A stretch of DNA of 64,000 nt from the NCBI RefSeq assembly GCF_006345805.1, contig NC_043014.1, forward strand, positions 29,326,001-29,390,000. Reading direction: 5' to 3'. Below, one piece after another: positions 13,402 through 26,005 of the stretch. The stretch is from Octopus sinensis (Eukaryota). The notes below the pieces were generated by a model. The model was given only the letters and a program-made list of their open reading frames with translations. It made no database searches and was not told the DNA's origin. The position numbers and the translations under genes were made by a program. Position 1 is the first letter of the stretch; each line of letters begins with the position of its first letter.

Positions 13402-13419
13402 AGAAACTGCAGTTATAAC

Positions 13420-14272
13420 AAAAAGAATAACAACAAACGTAACAATTACAACAAAAGTAGTTAAAACCACATTCGCAACTAACTACAAATACATCAAAAT
13501 ACAATTATAGCAACGTACATCGCAACAGAAACTGTTGCAATCGCAATAACAAAAACGTTTAACATTGAAAGTAAATTTTAATGCCAACAAAAAACAACAG
13601 CAGAAGATATTAACTGCAGATGCTGAACAATCACTAACAGATGCTGCAGCAGCAGCAGCAGTAGCAGCAGCAGCAGTAGCAGCAGAACAATAACATCAAC
13701 AACAATAACAGCTAAAGCAAAAGCAGTTTATAACAAGAATAACAGTTGCAGCAAAGGTTAACCATTAGCAGAACAACTACAACAGCTGCAGTAGTTTGCA
13801 TCATATTATCAACCGCAACAACAACGATATCAGTATGTGCTGTAAACTACCTCAACAGCAGCAGCAGAGGCAGCAGCATGCAGCATGAAAGTAATGACAT
13901 GTGTATGTGCCAAAAATAATGAGAATTACAGCAATGGTGTATGTGCCACCACGGCAACAACAGCAGTCTGCGTGAAAATAACAACAAGAAGTTTGTGTCA
14001 CAACAAGAACAAAAACAGCAGGGTGGGAGTGGTGTGTTCGATAACCACAACAGCAGCAGCAGCATATGCTGCAATAACAATCCGAACGACAACTACAACA
14101 ACAACAGGAGTGTGTCTCCCAATAACAACAACGGCGGCAAGATCAATAGCAGCGGAATGTGCCATAATAGCATCTCAACAACAACAACGAGTAGTATGTG
14201 CCTTAATCACAGCCGCAACAACAGCAACAGCAGCAGCAGCAGTGACAGCAGTAATCAGCAGCAGCAATAATT

Positions 14273-14333
<61 letters not shown>

Positions 14334-14488
14334 CGGCGGTGGTGGCGGCGGTGGTGGCGGCAGCAGCAGCAGCTGCAGTAGTAGTAGTAGTAGTAGTAGT
14401 AGTAGTTAGTAGTAGTAGTAGTAGTAGTAGTGGCGGCGGTGGTGGCGGCGGTGGTGGCGGCGGTGGTGGCGGCAGCAGCAGCAGCTGC

Positions 14489-14535
<47 letters not shown>

Positions 14536-14618
14536 CGGCGGTGGTGGCGGCGGTGGTGGCGGCGGTGGTGGCGGCAGCAGCAGCAGCAGTAGCAGCTGCA
14601 GTAGTAGTAGTAGTAGTT

Positions 14619-14662
<44 letters not shown>

Positions 14663-14740
14663 GGTGGTGGTGGTGGTGGTGGTGGTTGTGGTGGTGGCGG
14701 TAGCTGCAGCAGCTTCAGCAGTAGCAGCAGTAGTAGTAGC

Positions 14741-14774
<34 letters not shown>

Positions 14775-14850
14775 CCATAAGAACAATCGCAGCAGCAACA
14801 ACAATCACAACAGAAGCAACAGCAGCATCAGCAGCAGCAGCCGCAATAGT
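13420..14850. repeat. Long CAA/CAG/GTA/GGC low-complexity region
   Basis: Direct reading; source of the poly-S/G/V/P/L ORFs. Confidence 0.9.
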
Positions 14851-15212
14851 ATACACGACATACAACCCTTATTATTGAAAACATCGTGTTTTCTCACACC
14901 TATTTCACATCTAGACAAGTGATTCAATGTTTCTCTCTTACTCCTTCAGAGCTTGTACACATAACTGATACCACTGCTATTCTTTACAAGTTCTGCTACG
15001 TACCTCTTTCTGCTGTGTTTCTCTTTGAATTTTAATGACAGATCATGACTTTCTGGTGTCTGCCTTTTTATGTTTAAGTTCAGATTTCTTCATGGTGGAC
15101 TCACCCACTTTAAAAAAAAATTTTTTTGGTAGAAACAAAATAATTACTAGTAAATTTACTGGTCTATCTCCTCGCCTTCATCTCTGTTCCTTTATACCTA
15201 TGTACATTATTA

Positions 15213-15778
15213 TTGGGCTGTCCGGAAAGTTCATGCCAATTTTGAAAGGAAAGAAAAAGGTCAATAAATACTTGCCATTACATTTTTAATCAACCAAATA
15301 TGAACCATTTTGTTGCACAATGCGTCTCCATCTTTCCTTGAACTTGAAAATACTCTCCTCCCAGAATTGAAGTGGTTTCATTGCAAGGAATTTATCAAGG
15401 TATCTTTTTAAATCATCCAAGGAATTGAAATTTTTACCATTAAGACTATTCTGCAGAAACCTGAATAAGTGGAAATCCGAAGGAGCAATATCTGGTGAAT
15501 ATGGAGGGTGGGGTAAAACATCCCAGCCAAGCTGCAGCAATTTTTGTCAGGTTTCCAAAGCATCAAGTACCGAAAATGAACTTTCTTATTTTCCATTTTA
15601 AAGGGTTACAGAATTAACACAGGTTATAGGAACATAAATCTTCTTCCACGAAAAAATAGCTTAAACTGTGCTCTAAATGGAGGTGCAGTCAAATCATATT
15701 TTATGGACTCAACCATGTTCTAAAATAAGTTGAAAGGTAAGCTACTATAAATCGGCACGAACTTTCCGGACAACCCAA
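15213..15778 (-). mobile_element. Internally deleted mariner element (566 bp) with both TIRs
   Basis: TIRs ttgggctgtccggaaagttcatgccaattt (from 15213, preceded by TA) and aaatcggcacgaactttccggacaacccaa (to 15778). The N-terminus MENKKVHFRYLML is joined directly to the C-terminus LQLGWDVLPHPPYSPDIAPSDFHLF (mariner YSPDLAPSD motif). Confidence 0.95.
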
Positions 15779-15864
15779 AATTATTGTTTCTGTCATTATT
15801 ATTTGGTTATAATCCTATTTAAGAAGTAAGATCAATAATAATAATGATGATGATGATGATAACG

Positions 15865-16138
15865 ATAATTATGGTTTCAAATTTTGGCACAAGACAAGCA
15901 GTTTCGAGCGAAGGGGTAAGTCGACTACATCGACCAAAGTGTTCAATTTGTACTTATTTTATCGACCCCGATTGGATGAAAAAGCAAAGTCGACTTCAGC
16001 AGAATTTGAATTCAGAATGTACTGACGGACGAAATACCTATTTCTTTACTGCCCACAAGGGGCTAAACACTGAGAGGACAAACAAGGACAGACAAACGGA
16101 TTAAGTCGATTACAACGACCCCAATGCGTAACTGGTAC

Positions 16139-16140
<2 letters not shown>
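15865..16140 (-). mobile_element. Tandem pair of partial family-A SINEs
   Basis: Two body segments joined at gaaatacctatttctttac, the same junction as in 25434-26005. Confidence 0.85.
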
Positions 16141-16200
<60 letters not shown>

Positions 16201-16201
<1 letters not shown>

Positions 16202-18021
16202 GTACGGGTATAAAATGTTTGATAAAAATATAAATCATCTCGTTTACATGGATGATTTAAAGCTTTTTGCAAAAAATGATCAACAACTCAAGGGCTTACT
16301 AGCGATAGTCAAACAATTCAGTGACGACATCAGAATGCAATTCGGCCTCGATAAATGTGCCAAGGCTACCTTTATCAAAGGAAAAATGACAGAAACATCT
16401 AACGTTACCCTGACCAACAGAATGTCATAAAAGGAACTAGACCCAGCGGAGAGCTACAAGTACCTAGGGGTAATTGAAGGGACGGAATAAGGCATTCAGA
16501 GATGAAGGAAAGGATCAGGAGAGAATGCTATCGAAGAGTGAGAGCAATACTCAAGACAGAGCTGAATGCAAGAAACAGGATCGAAGCAATCAATGCATTA
16601 GCTATACCAGTCGTGACTTACAGTTTCAATATTGTTAACTGGTCAATTACTGAAATATGTCAGCTCGACAGAAAAATAAGGAAACTGTTAACAATGCATA
16701 GAATGCACCACCCTAAGGCAGATACAGAACGACTCTATCTGCCAAGAAAAGAGGGAGGCCGTGGTCTTTTGCAACTGGCAATAACAATGAAGATTGCTAC
16801 AATTGGCCTAGACACCTACCTGAAAAACTCTGAGGACTGGATGTTAAAACTTGTCTCAAACATGAAAACAAGAAAGCATCATACTCAGTCACAAAACAGG
16901 CAAAGGAATATCTAAGTGAATTCCGAATACAACCATTTCGGAATTAGAGATAGATATACAAGAAACAAGCACAGAAAAAGCTAGGCGCATGAAACCCGTG
17001 CCAAAACTCTGCGGCCTTAGATATTCTGAATAATAAATGGCAAGAAAAACCTCTCTATGGCAAATACCCAAAGAGACGAATAATGCAGATATCGACAAAG
17101 CCCTGACCCATCATGGCTATGGCTAATGGCCTCTGGCTTAAAATCTGAAACAGAGGGGTTTTCATAGCACTCAAGATCAATGCCTACCAACAAGAAACTA
17201 CCAGGCCAACATATTAAAGATCAGAAGCAGTCCAACGTGTCGTGTATGCAAGCAACAAAATGAAACCATTGACCATGTGGTCTCCAAGTGCAGTCTTCTA
17301 GCGCCTACAGAGTATCTCAACAGGCACGATAGAGCTGCACAATATATTCACTGGGTAATCTGTAAAACCTGGATTTGCCCCATGAAAAAAACTGGTGGGA
17401 ACACAAACCACCCCCAGTGCTTGAAAATGACCACATCTCACTCCTCTGGAACTTCACCATTCAAACTGACAGGAAGATAGATGCAAATAGCCAGATATCA
17501 TATTGAAAGACTTCAAACAAAGAACATTGCCTCCTCGTTGATATGACTGTCCCAATCGATATAAACGTATCTGTCAAGACCTACCAAAAACTGAGCAAAT
17601 ATAAAGATCTTGAAATAGAAATCAGCAAAATTGTGAAGCTGAAGACTAAAACAATACCTGTTGTCATAGGTGCCCTGGGAATGATAGTAAAAGGGGCTGA
17701 TAGCTACCTAACTCAGATACCAGGAAACCCAAAAATGCAGAAGTTCAAAAGATAGTGCTCATGGGAACTGCTCATATCCTACGAAAAATACTCTCTATGT
17801 AATCTCAAGGTTAATAAAACAACATAATTTTCGTTTTAAAAAAAAAAAAAAAAAAAAAAACTTTTTTTTTTTAGACATTCATGTAGTAAAACATCCCCCC
17901 CCCCAAATATATGGCACACTAGGCATAACAACAACATGAACTTCCAACCTGTTGTCTCTTGAGGTCTCTGGGTGAGACTTGGAGCCAACTTGTACAAATA
18001 TAAAGCCAAAGTCAAACATAG
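16201..18021 (+). mobile_element. 5'-truncated Dong/R4-clade non-LTR retrotransposon (RT + restriction-like endonuclease), frameshifted
   Basis: HLVYMDDLKLFAK, FGLDKCAK, RLYLPRKEGGRGL, CRVC..ETIDHVVSKC..EYLNRHD, IDMTVP, KLSKYKDL, IPVVIGALG; flanked by (AAT)n at 16141-16200 and from 18022. Confidence 0.95.
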
Positions 18022-18186
18022 AATAATAATAATAATAATAATATTAATAATAATAATAATAATAACAATAACAATAGAGGCAAAATTAAAAGAAGAGTGC
18101 CATTGTTATCTCGTGAACGATATTTCGACATCTTGTGTGTCTTCAACTGGTTTAAAAAATAACTTTGTCAATCTACTTCATTTTGG

Positions 18187-18311
18187 TTAATATAGAAAGG
18201 ATTGAGGTAACTCCTCCTGAAGGTATAGAGTCAAAATTAAAAAATGATACTCTTCTTTAAATTTTGACTCTATATCTTCAAGAGGAGTTATCTCAATCCT
18301 TTCTATATTAA
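18187..18311. repeat. 125-bp near-perfect inverted repeat (52-bp arms, 3 mismatches, 21-nt loop)
   Basis: ttaatatagaaaggattgaggtaactcctcctgaaggtatagagtcaaaatt vs the reverse complement of 18260-18311. Confidence 0.92.
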
Positions 18312-18429
18312 TAATAACAACAATAATAATAATAATGATAATGACGATAATGACGATGATATCTTTATTAACCACTAACGGTTCCCAAAAAGCATTGGGG
18401 ACGGTATAGTACACTACAATATGGGGTTA

Positions 18430-20400
18430 CGTAAAAGGTGTATAAAAAGTAAAAAAAAAACGGTAACAATATAAAATTATAACAACGAATCATTTCCCAT
18501 AAGAGGGAGACTTCCTAGGGGTCCTCGTGGATACCCCACAAAACCAGTGTAACCCTGACCACTAGAGGATGTGCCCACTCCACATCATCTTTCTTCAACC
18601 TACCAGCGCATGCTTAGAGTAGGCCCGTTCACTCGGACCGTTCTTGTAACGTTCACCCACCTTTTGATAAAATTGCTGGGAGGGAGCTCTTCCATCTCTA
18701 TTCTCACTTTCCTTTTCAAGTGAAACCTGAAAAAGTTGATGAGCGCTTGGTCAAAGAGGAATATATCTGTCTTCAGCCCTTTCAGTCTAGTCCACCATAC
18801 AACCTCTTTCGCCAAGGCCACCAGAAACACAAACACTAACACTACCTACCCTGCCGGGTCAAAAGAAGGCAGCGGGACAATCTTCTCAATGGACTCAAGT
18901 AATAGCAGATCAGTCCTACACACGACGGCAGGTGTTCGACATAAACCCACTAGTCAGCAATGCTCGGGCACCGGACAAGAGCGTGCAGAATACTTTCGTC
19001 GCTCTGCGCGCACCTCGGGCAACTCTGGCTGACAGCATTTTCATGCCTGTAGAGTTTATCCCAAACGGCAATGCTCCCCATCCCTCTCATAACACTGCCA
19101 GGTCAACTATTTCTGAAATTATCGATAGGTCCCAGCCCGAAAGTCCTCCGAAAGACCAGCCAATTGATTGTAGTCGACGCCCAAAGTCTCCCTGAGAACG
19201 TTGTCGCACTTGCCCGCCACTAACCCTCTACAGAATGCCAGAGTGGAACTTCCATTGACCGCATTGCCCGACTGACAGATGAGTGTAAACGCATGACGAT
19301 ACTCTAAGTGTCAGATTCCCTGCCTCAGTCTACGCTAGATCCAGGACTGCAGCCCGGAAACAGACGAGCTGTAGAAAATCCTGCCTTACAAACGGCGATC
19401 ACATCTGCTCACTGTCATGGAAGGGACGGAAATACTGTAGCTACAGCGTATGTCTGCACATCTGCACCCACGGCATGTCCAGATCTCTATTCAGTGGGTA
19501 TTGACAGCAAATGGAGCGCCTGACCAGTGAAACGTGTCCCTTTTACAGAAAGCGGAAGAGTATGCACTCTAGTTTGATCATACGTAAACTGGGACAAGGT
19601 ACGATGGTCAGGCGATGATCTATAATGGAGGATATGTAAGCATTTGCCACGTCTGTCTGACCTTTCATAGATAGCTTTCTCACGGACCATTTCCAGGTTA
19701 GATTGGCTACCCTGCTCGTCACCTCATTCCAGTTCTCTACCTGGATACCCAAACCAAACCAAATCCCAAGCAATTTAACTGGTCCCTCCTTCCAGAGTCT
19801 CACGACGTTATTTGACATCAGGGAGCTGCCTTTCCAGGTGCCTGATAAATTTTCCTTTCCAATCTTATGTACTTAGAGAATTGCTGCATTATTTTCTATA
19901 TTGCATAATACGGCTGCCACCAGCAAAGAGCTATCCACTATCTTGTTAAAATACCTTTATTTTAAGCACACTCCGACCTAGGTATGTCGGAACTGCCCAC
20001 AATTTCTCACTTTGAGCTTTGTTGTTGCACTGTCTTTGGCTTTCTCTTTAGTTGGGAATCTCACCTCAACTGTGCCAAAGTGTCTCCCACGAGCGACTTA
20101 TGTTTTTACCCCCAGACTGGTCTTAAACATTTTACGATCTGGGTTTGCGTCACTCGCTCCAATCTCCTGGCTTTTGATGAAATACACTTGTAGATAATAG
20201 GTTTTTTTCTATTATCTTGTAATCTCCTTTGGCGTGTTTAGAAATATTATTCGGTCATTCTCTGTTAAGTGCGCTTTGGTGTCACTTAACATGTTTTTTC
20301 TTTTGTTTGTTAGTTTTTTTTCTGGCACATCATCTTTCTCCTGTCGACAAGTTCGTGCGAAACAGTTTTTATTTTGTTTGAAAATAAGAACGGTCGCTGT
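18430..20400 (-). mobile_element. Tx1/L1-type LINE with a large internal deletion (ORF1 start joined to ORF2 end)
   Basis: ORF1-like RGRHFGTVEVRFPTKEKAK...WAVPTYLGR (about 20100-19975). Then from about 19845 GTWKG...WKEGPVKLLGIWFG..NW.EV..RKLSMKG...YRL-like, a zinc-knuckle remnant LHALVRCPSI, and a C-terminus ending RWVNVTRTVRVNGPTLSMRW* at 18600. Confidence 0.8.
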
Positions 20401-20564
20401 TTCCGTTATATTAATGCTTGTGTCGGTAGTTGCGATGGTAATGGTGGTGGTGGATTTGCTGTTGCCACTGGTGATGGTAGTGGTGGATTTGGCAGTGTAC
20501 TCGCCAGTGTTTTTGTTACTTTTTGTTAATATTGTTGTTTTGTTGTTCTTGTGTTGTGATGATG

Positions 20565-21010
20565 ATGGGGGAGTGTGTGTTCTTCCCAACCACATGGTAC
20601 CGGGTTCAGTCCCATTACGTAGAACCTTGGAAAACGGACAAACAAAAAACTTGTGGATTCGGTACTCGGAAACTAAAAGAAGCCCGTCGTATACTATATA
20701 TGTGTGTGTGTGTGTGTATATCTTTGAATTTGTGATTGTCCTCCAATACTACTTGATAACCGGTGTTGGTTTGTTTACACTCACGTAACTTAGCGGTGCA
20801 GCACCACAGTATATTTTGCGAGCTGGCAGGATCGTTAGCACACCGGACAAGATGCTTAGCTGCATTTCTTCTGGCTTTATGTTCTGAGTTCAAATTCTGC
20901 AGAGAATTTTGCCGTTTTGGAGTCGATAAAATAAGTACCAATCGATGTGCTCGACTAGCCACCTCCGTCAAAATTTCATGCCTTGTACCTAAAGTAGAAA
21001 GAAACATTAT
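20565..21010 (+). mobile_element. Partial family-B SINE (20565-20805) followed by an old family-A SINE (20816-21010)
   Basis: ccaaccacatggtaccgggttcagtccca...cggaaactaaaagaagcccgtcg, then gcgagctggcaggatcgttagc...gagttcaaattc. Confidence 0.8.
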
Positions 21011-21869
21011 TTTTACTTTATTTGGTCACAAACGACCATATCAGACTCACTGCTTTTGCATGTAGCATATGGTGGAAGTTTTTATGGGAATGTTATACAA
21101 GTACTTTTGTGTTTGAGTATGTAGGCATTAGAATATGTATACAATATATGAATGCATTTGCATGTATATATGTTTTAGTTTCATGTATTTTATTCTTGAT
21201 TTGAATATTATGACTGCACATTTCGTCGGTGAAAAGCCTCTACAGAAAAGATATTAATAAATCATGCTTTGCGTAACCATTTATCCTTTAAATTGCGGGT
21301 TTTATTGTCCCAGATATGGTGATCAACTGTAGCGTCAAATTAAGCCATTGACCCAGGTGGCTTGGCATATATCTTGTCGTTTTAATATTAATGGGGATAA
21401 AGCTGAAAGTGTATTCTGAGCATTGGATTTGCCAAACCGTCATCAATACTCCATAAATGTCATCTTTCTCGTTATGTTACTATCACATTGACGACACGTG
21501 GTCAGCTGATTTCTACAACCGACCATGTTTTATTTTGTGGTTACAAGCAATAACATCAAAGTGTCTGTGTTAAAATATTGGTTTCTATTTTTGCTTCTTA
21601 GATTCAAACAATGTTTTTTTTTTATTTCAATGGCCTCTGTATGTTTATCTGTGTTTGTTGATTTATTTATTTTCTTATTTTTCCAGCTTGGTACTGCTAC
21701 CATTTTATTCATGTGCTAGAAAGGAATATCTCCAAATTTCACAATGCCTTTTAAGAAGGTATGAATGCATGCATGTATGTGTGTATGTACGCGCGCGTAC
21801 GTATGTGTGCTTTTGTGTGTGTGTGTGTGTACCCTATGAGAGAGATATTGTATTAAAATACTGTCTACA

Positions 21870-21916
<47 letters not shown>

Positions 21917-21939
21917 TATATACATACTTACATCTATAC

Positions 21940-22197
21940 ATATATATATATGCATGTATATATACATGTAGATGTAGGTAGTACATATATGTATGTATGC
22001 ATATATTTTATTTATTAAATTATTGTATGACTGAGCACCCTCGCGTCGTTTCGTTTCTCTTCTTTTCTCCAAGTAAGTTTTTATATATAATTATGACGCG
22101 AAACTCTGTAACCCTTTGCTTGACCTTTCCTTCCTTCCTGTCTATCTTCCTCTTTGTCTGTCTCTCTATTTCTTATTTTTCACCCTTTCTGGTTTCC

Positions 22198-22269
<72 letters not shown>

Positions 22270-22766
22270 TCCTCATCTCTCTCACTGCCGAGTCGACCAA
22301 CTTCCTTTCACTCCAGCCTTCTACAAGTCAACACGACTTTTTTCCTTGCGCTCTGAATTTTTCCATCGTCTAGGCTTAAAAAAAGGCCCTGAATGTTGGT
22401 TTCTTTGTTCTGTTTTTATTCTTTATGTGTACTGTATTTTTTGTATTTGTATTTGTATTTTTATTTGTATTTTTATTTGTATTGCTTTTACGTCCTGTTC
22501 TTATCACATTTTTTTGTTTCCTTGTTTTTACCCCTCTGCATAGGAATTCTATTTAATTCCTTTGCAGGAAGTACCGGTCCGGGGGTCGTGTTCCGTCCTT
22601 ACCTTCGAAACACGCATGGAGTCGAACCGGGGACAGCTGATGAAGGGGAATGTTCCTTGTGTTGTTTGTCTTGTGATCTGTTTTTTCCTTGTTAAAAAAA
22701 GTCCGTTTCCATGTTTTTATTTTTTCGTTTCTCGTTGAGTTCTACGACTATTTGTGGTGTCCTGTA

Positions 22767-22808
<42 letters not shown>

Positions 22809-22935
22809 TGTATATATACATGTAGATGTAGGTACGTACATATGTGTATGTATGTATGCATATATTTTATTTATTAAATTATTGTATGACTGAGCGCCCT
22901 CGCGTCGTTTCGTTTCTTTTCTTTTTCTCCAAGTA

Positions 22936-22945
<10 letters not shown>
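21940..22945 (+). mobile_element. P1 repeat with ~140-bp direct repeats
   Basis: gcatgtatatatacatgtagatgtagg...cgcgtcgtttcgtttc...ccaagtaagttt occurs at about 21950-22080 and 22805-22940; the core 22481-22769 is the inverse of 6398-6677. Confidence 0.7.
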
Positions 22946-22974
<29 letters not shown>

Positions 22975-23495
22975 GCATGCATACATACATACATACATAC
23001 ATACATGCATACATACATACATTCATACATGCACACAGTGCAAATAATAGAGTGAGGGGGTCGCGAGAAGGAGAAAAAGTCATAGAAAAGATAGAAAAGA
23101 AGGTTAAGAAATTGATAGGACGGCATTGAACGGATACAACAATTCAACAGAGGAAATAGTGTCACGTGACCGGAATGTCATAACCTGATTCGTTGTAATT
23201 TCCAATAACCCTAGTTTTGGAAATGATTTTGCTATTTTAGTTTTCAGTTTCATGAATGTCAATGGTGTCACTATGTGTGTGTGAGTGTATGTCTTGTTCT
23301 TATTGTTATTATTATAAATGTTATGTTACTGGAGATTTTGGCGATGTTGTTAAAGCTGATGTTGTTCCTGCTACGGCTGGTGTATTCGGTCTGATTTCTG
23401 TCATTGTTACTTTGTTGTTCGGAGTTCAACTGCTGTTGAAAGGACAACCAGAAACGGCTGAAATAGTTAGTCCCACTCCCGCATAACATACCGAA

Positions 23496-23970
<475 letters not shown>

Positions 23971-24227
23971 CAAAAGAGGTAAGTGGGAAAACAAATAAAT
24001 ATATATATGCATAAATACGCACATAGATTTAAGTATCTGTGCGTGTGCAACCGCGCGTGCTTGTGTGAGCGTGTGTCTGTGCGTGCGTGCGTACGTGCAT
24101 GTGTGTGTGCGAGCGCGCGCGCGTCTGTGTAGCCAAAGACGTGCGCACATACATGCATATAATGTAGTTGGCAACAAAACAGGTCAAGATGTTACTTCCG
24201 CCGTAGCTTTGATAGAAAGGTACTCAC

Positions 24228-24265
24228 AACGAATGACAAAGTCAGGTACGTGTGTTCCTCCTTGT
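24228..24265 (-). CDS. Candidate isolated 38-nt exon of an unidentified gene
   Basis: Minus strand atctttcAG|ACAAGGAGG...TTCGTT|GTGAGT; two open frames (DKEEHTYLTLSFV or QGGTHVPDFVIR). No homology recognised. Confidence 0.25.
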
Positions 24266-24484
24266 CTGAAAGATATTCATCATTGTTACTTTATTGGTTT
24301 ATATTATAAAACCACATATTGCGCAAATGTCACGCCGACTAATACAGCACTTCACACACACAAATACACACACGCACACATACGCATACGTACACACGCA
24401 TACATACACACGTATATATAACAATTTACACATACATAAATAAATGCATACATACATATATACATACAAACACACACACGCATA

Positions 24485-24520
<36 letters not shown>

Positions 24521-24788
24521 TGTATGTATTCCAAGAAAGTTAGAGGTCGTGAATCCAACCAACTAAGGGATAATATCTATCCAATATACTGCTGGTAGAA
24601 TACTCACGTTATATATTTTGATAATTACTGGTATATTATATATATTATATATGTAAAGCATAATATGTTATACATGTATGTATACTGTTGTAATTGCCAT
24701 TTTAGTAAATAAATATATAAATTGACATAATATAATGTTTAAAAGTTGATGAACACCACCTATTGATCTCCTCCATTTTCTTATATAA

Positions 24789-24842
<54 letters not shown>

Positions 24843-25110
24843 CACATATATATATATATTTACATAAATGCGCTGTTATATTTTATGGGCAAATATATAT
24901 TTATCTATAATGTGTGTGTATGTGTGTGTGTGTGTGCGTGCGTGCGTGCGTGTGTGTGTGTTGTGTATAAGGGAATTGTTTTTGCGTCTTATTTCTTCAC
25001 TTCAGGTTTTATGCCAAACAGGTGAGTAATTCCTTACTATTTATAATTATTAGTTCAGTCGTTTCTTTGAATAATAATTCACGTACATGAGTTCTTGCTC
25101 GTTGTATTTT

Positions 25111-25270
25111 CATGTAGAAGATGCCTTATGAATTTTATTTTATGTTGAACTTATTTCTGCGTGTCCACAAACTTAGAAAATGGCGTTTTTCATGTAGAAG
25201 ATGCCTTATGAATTTTATTTTATGTTGAACTTATTTCTGCGTGTCCACAAACTTAGAAAATGGCGTTTTT
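25111..25270. repeat. Exact 80-bp tandem duplication
   Basis: 25111-25190 is identical to 25191-25270. Confidence 0.97.
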
Positions 25271-25433
25271 CAGTCCAGATAGCTTTTAAACATAGTCCCT
25301 CATAACTGACTCCTATATATTCACCGGCCGTAAGGAATATTGCTATTTTGACAGTGTCTGATGCAGTGAACAGTCACAGAGACAAATGTTTGATGCCAAA
25401 GACAGAACGGACTTAATAATGCGTGTGTTTTTA

Positions 25434-26005
25434 AGGTGGCGAGCTGGCAGAAACGTTAGCACGCCGGGCGAAAATGCTGAGCGTTATTTCGTCTGCCGTT
25501 ACGTTCTGAGTTCAAATTCAACCGAGGTCGACTTTCATCCTTTCGGGGTCGATTAAATAAATACCAGTTACGCACTGGGGTCGATATAATCGACTTAATC
25601 CGTTTGTCTGTCCTTGTTTGCCCTCTCTGTGTTTAGCCCCTTGTGGGTAGTAAAGAAATAGGTATTTAATCTGCCGTTACGTTCTGAGTTCAAATTCCGC
25701 CGAGGTCGACTTTGCCTTTCATCCTTTCGGGGTCGATAAATTAAGTACCAGTTACGCACTGGGATCGATGGAATCGACTTAATACCTATGTCTGTCCTTG
25801 TTTGTCCTCTCTATGTTTAGCCCCTTGTGGGTAATAAAGAAATAGGTATTTCATCTGTCCTAACGTTCTGAGTTCAAATTCCGCCGAGGTCAACTTTGCT
25901 TTTCAGGGTCGATAGATCAAGTAGCAGTTACGTACTGTGGTCGATCTAATCGACTGGTCCCCACCCCCAAAATTTCGAGCCTTGTGTCTAGAGTAGAAAA
26001 GAATA
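25434..26005 (+). mobile_element. Trimeric family-A SINE array (one full unit + two headless units)
   Basis: Units restart at ctgccgttacgttctgagttc / ctgtcctaacgttctgagttc after the tail taaagaaataggtattt (about 25665 and 25845). Confidence 0.92.

Noticed and set aside
22598-22650. Type-II hammerhead in P1 (ccttcGAAAC...GTC...CTGATGAagggg; also about 6525-6570 on the minus strand)
   Set aside because: The core words are present but no helix I can form between the putative cleavage site and CTGA, and helix III is poor in both copies.
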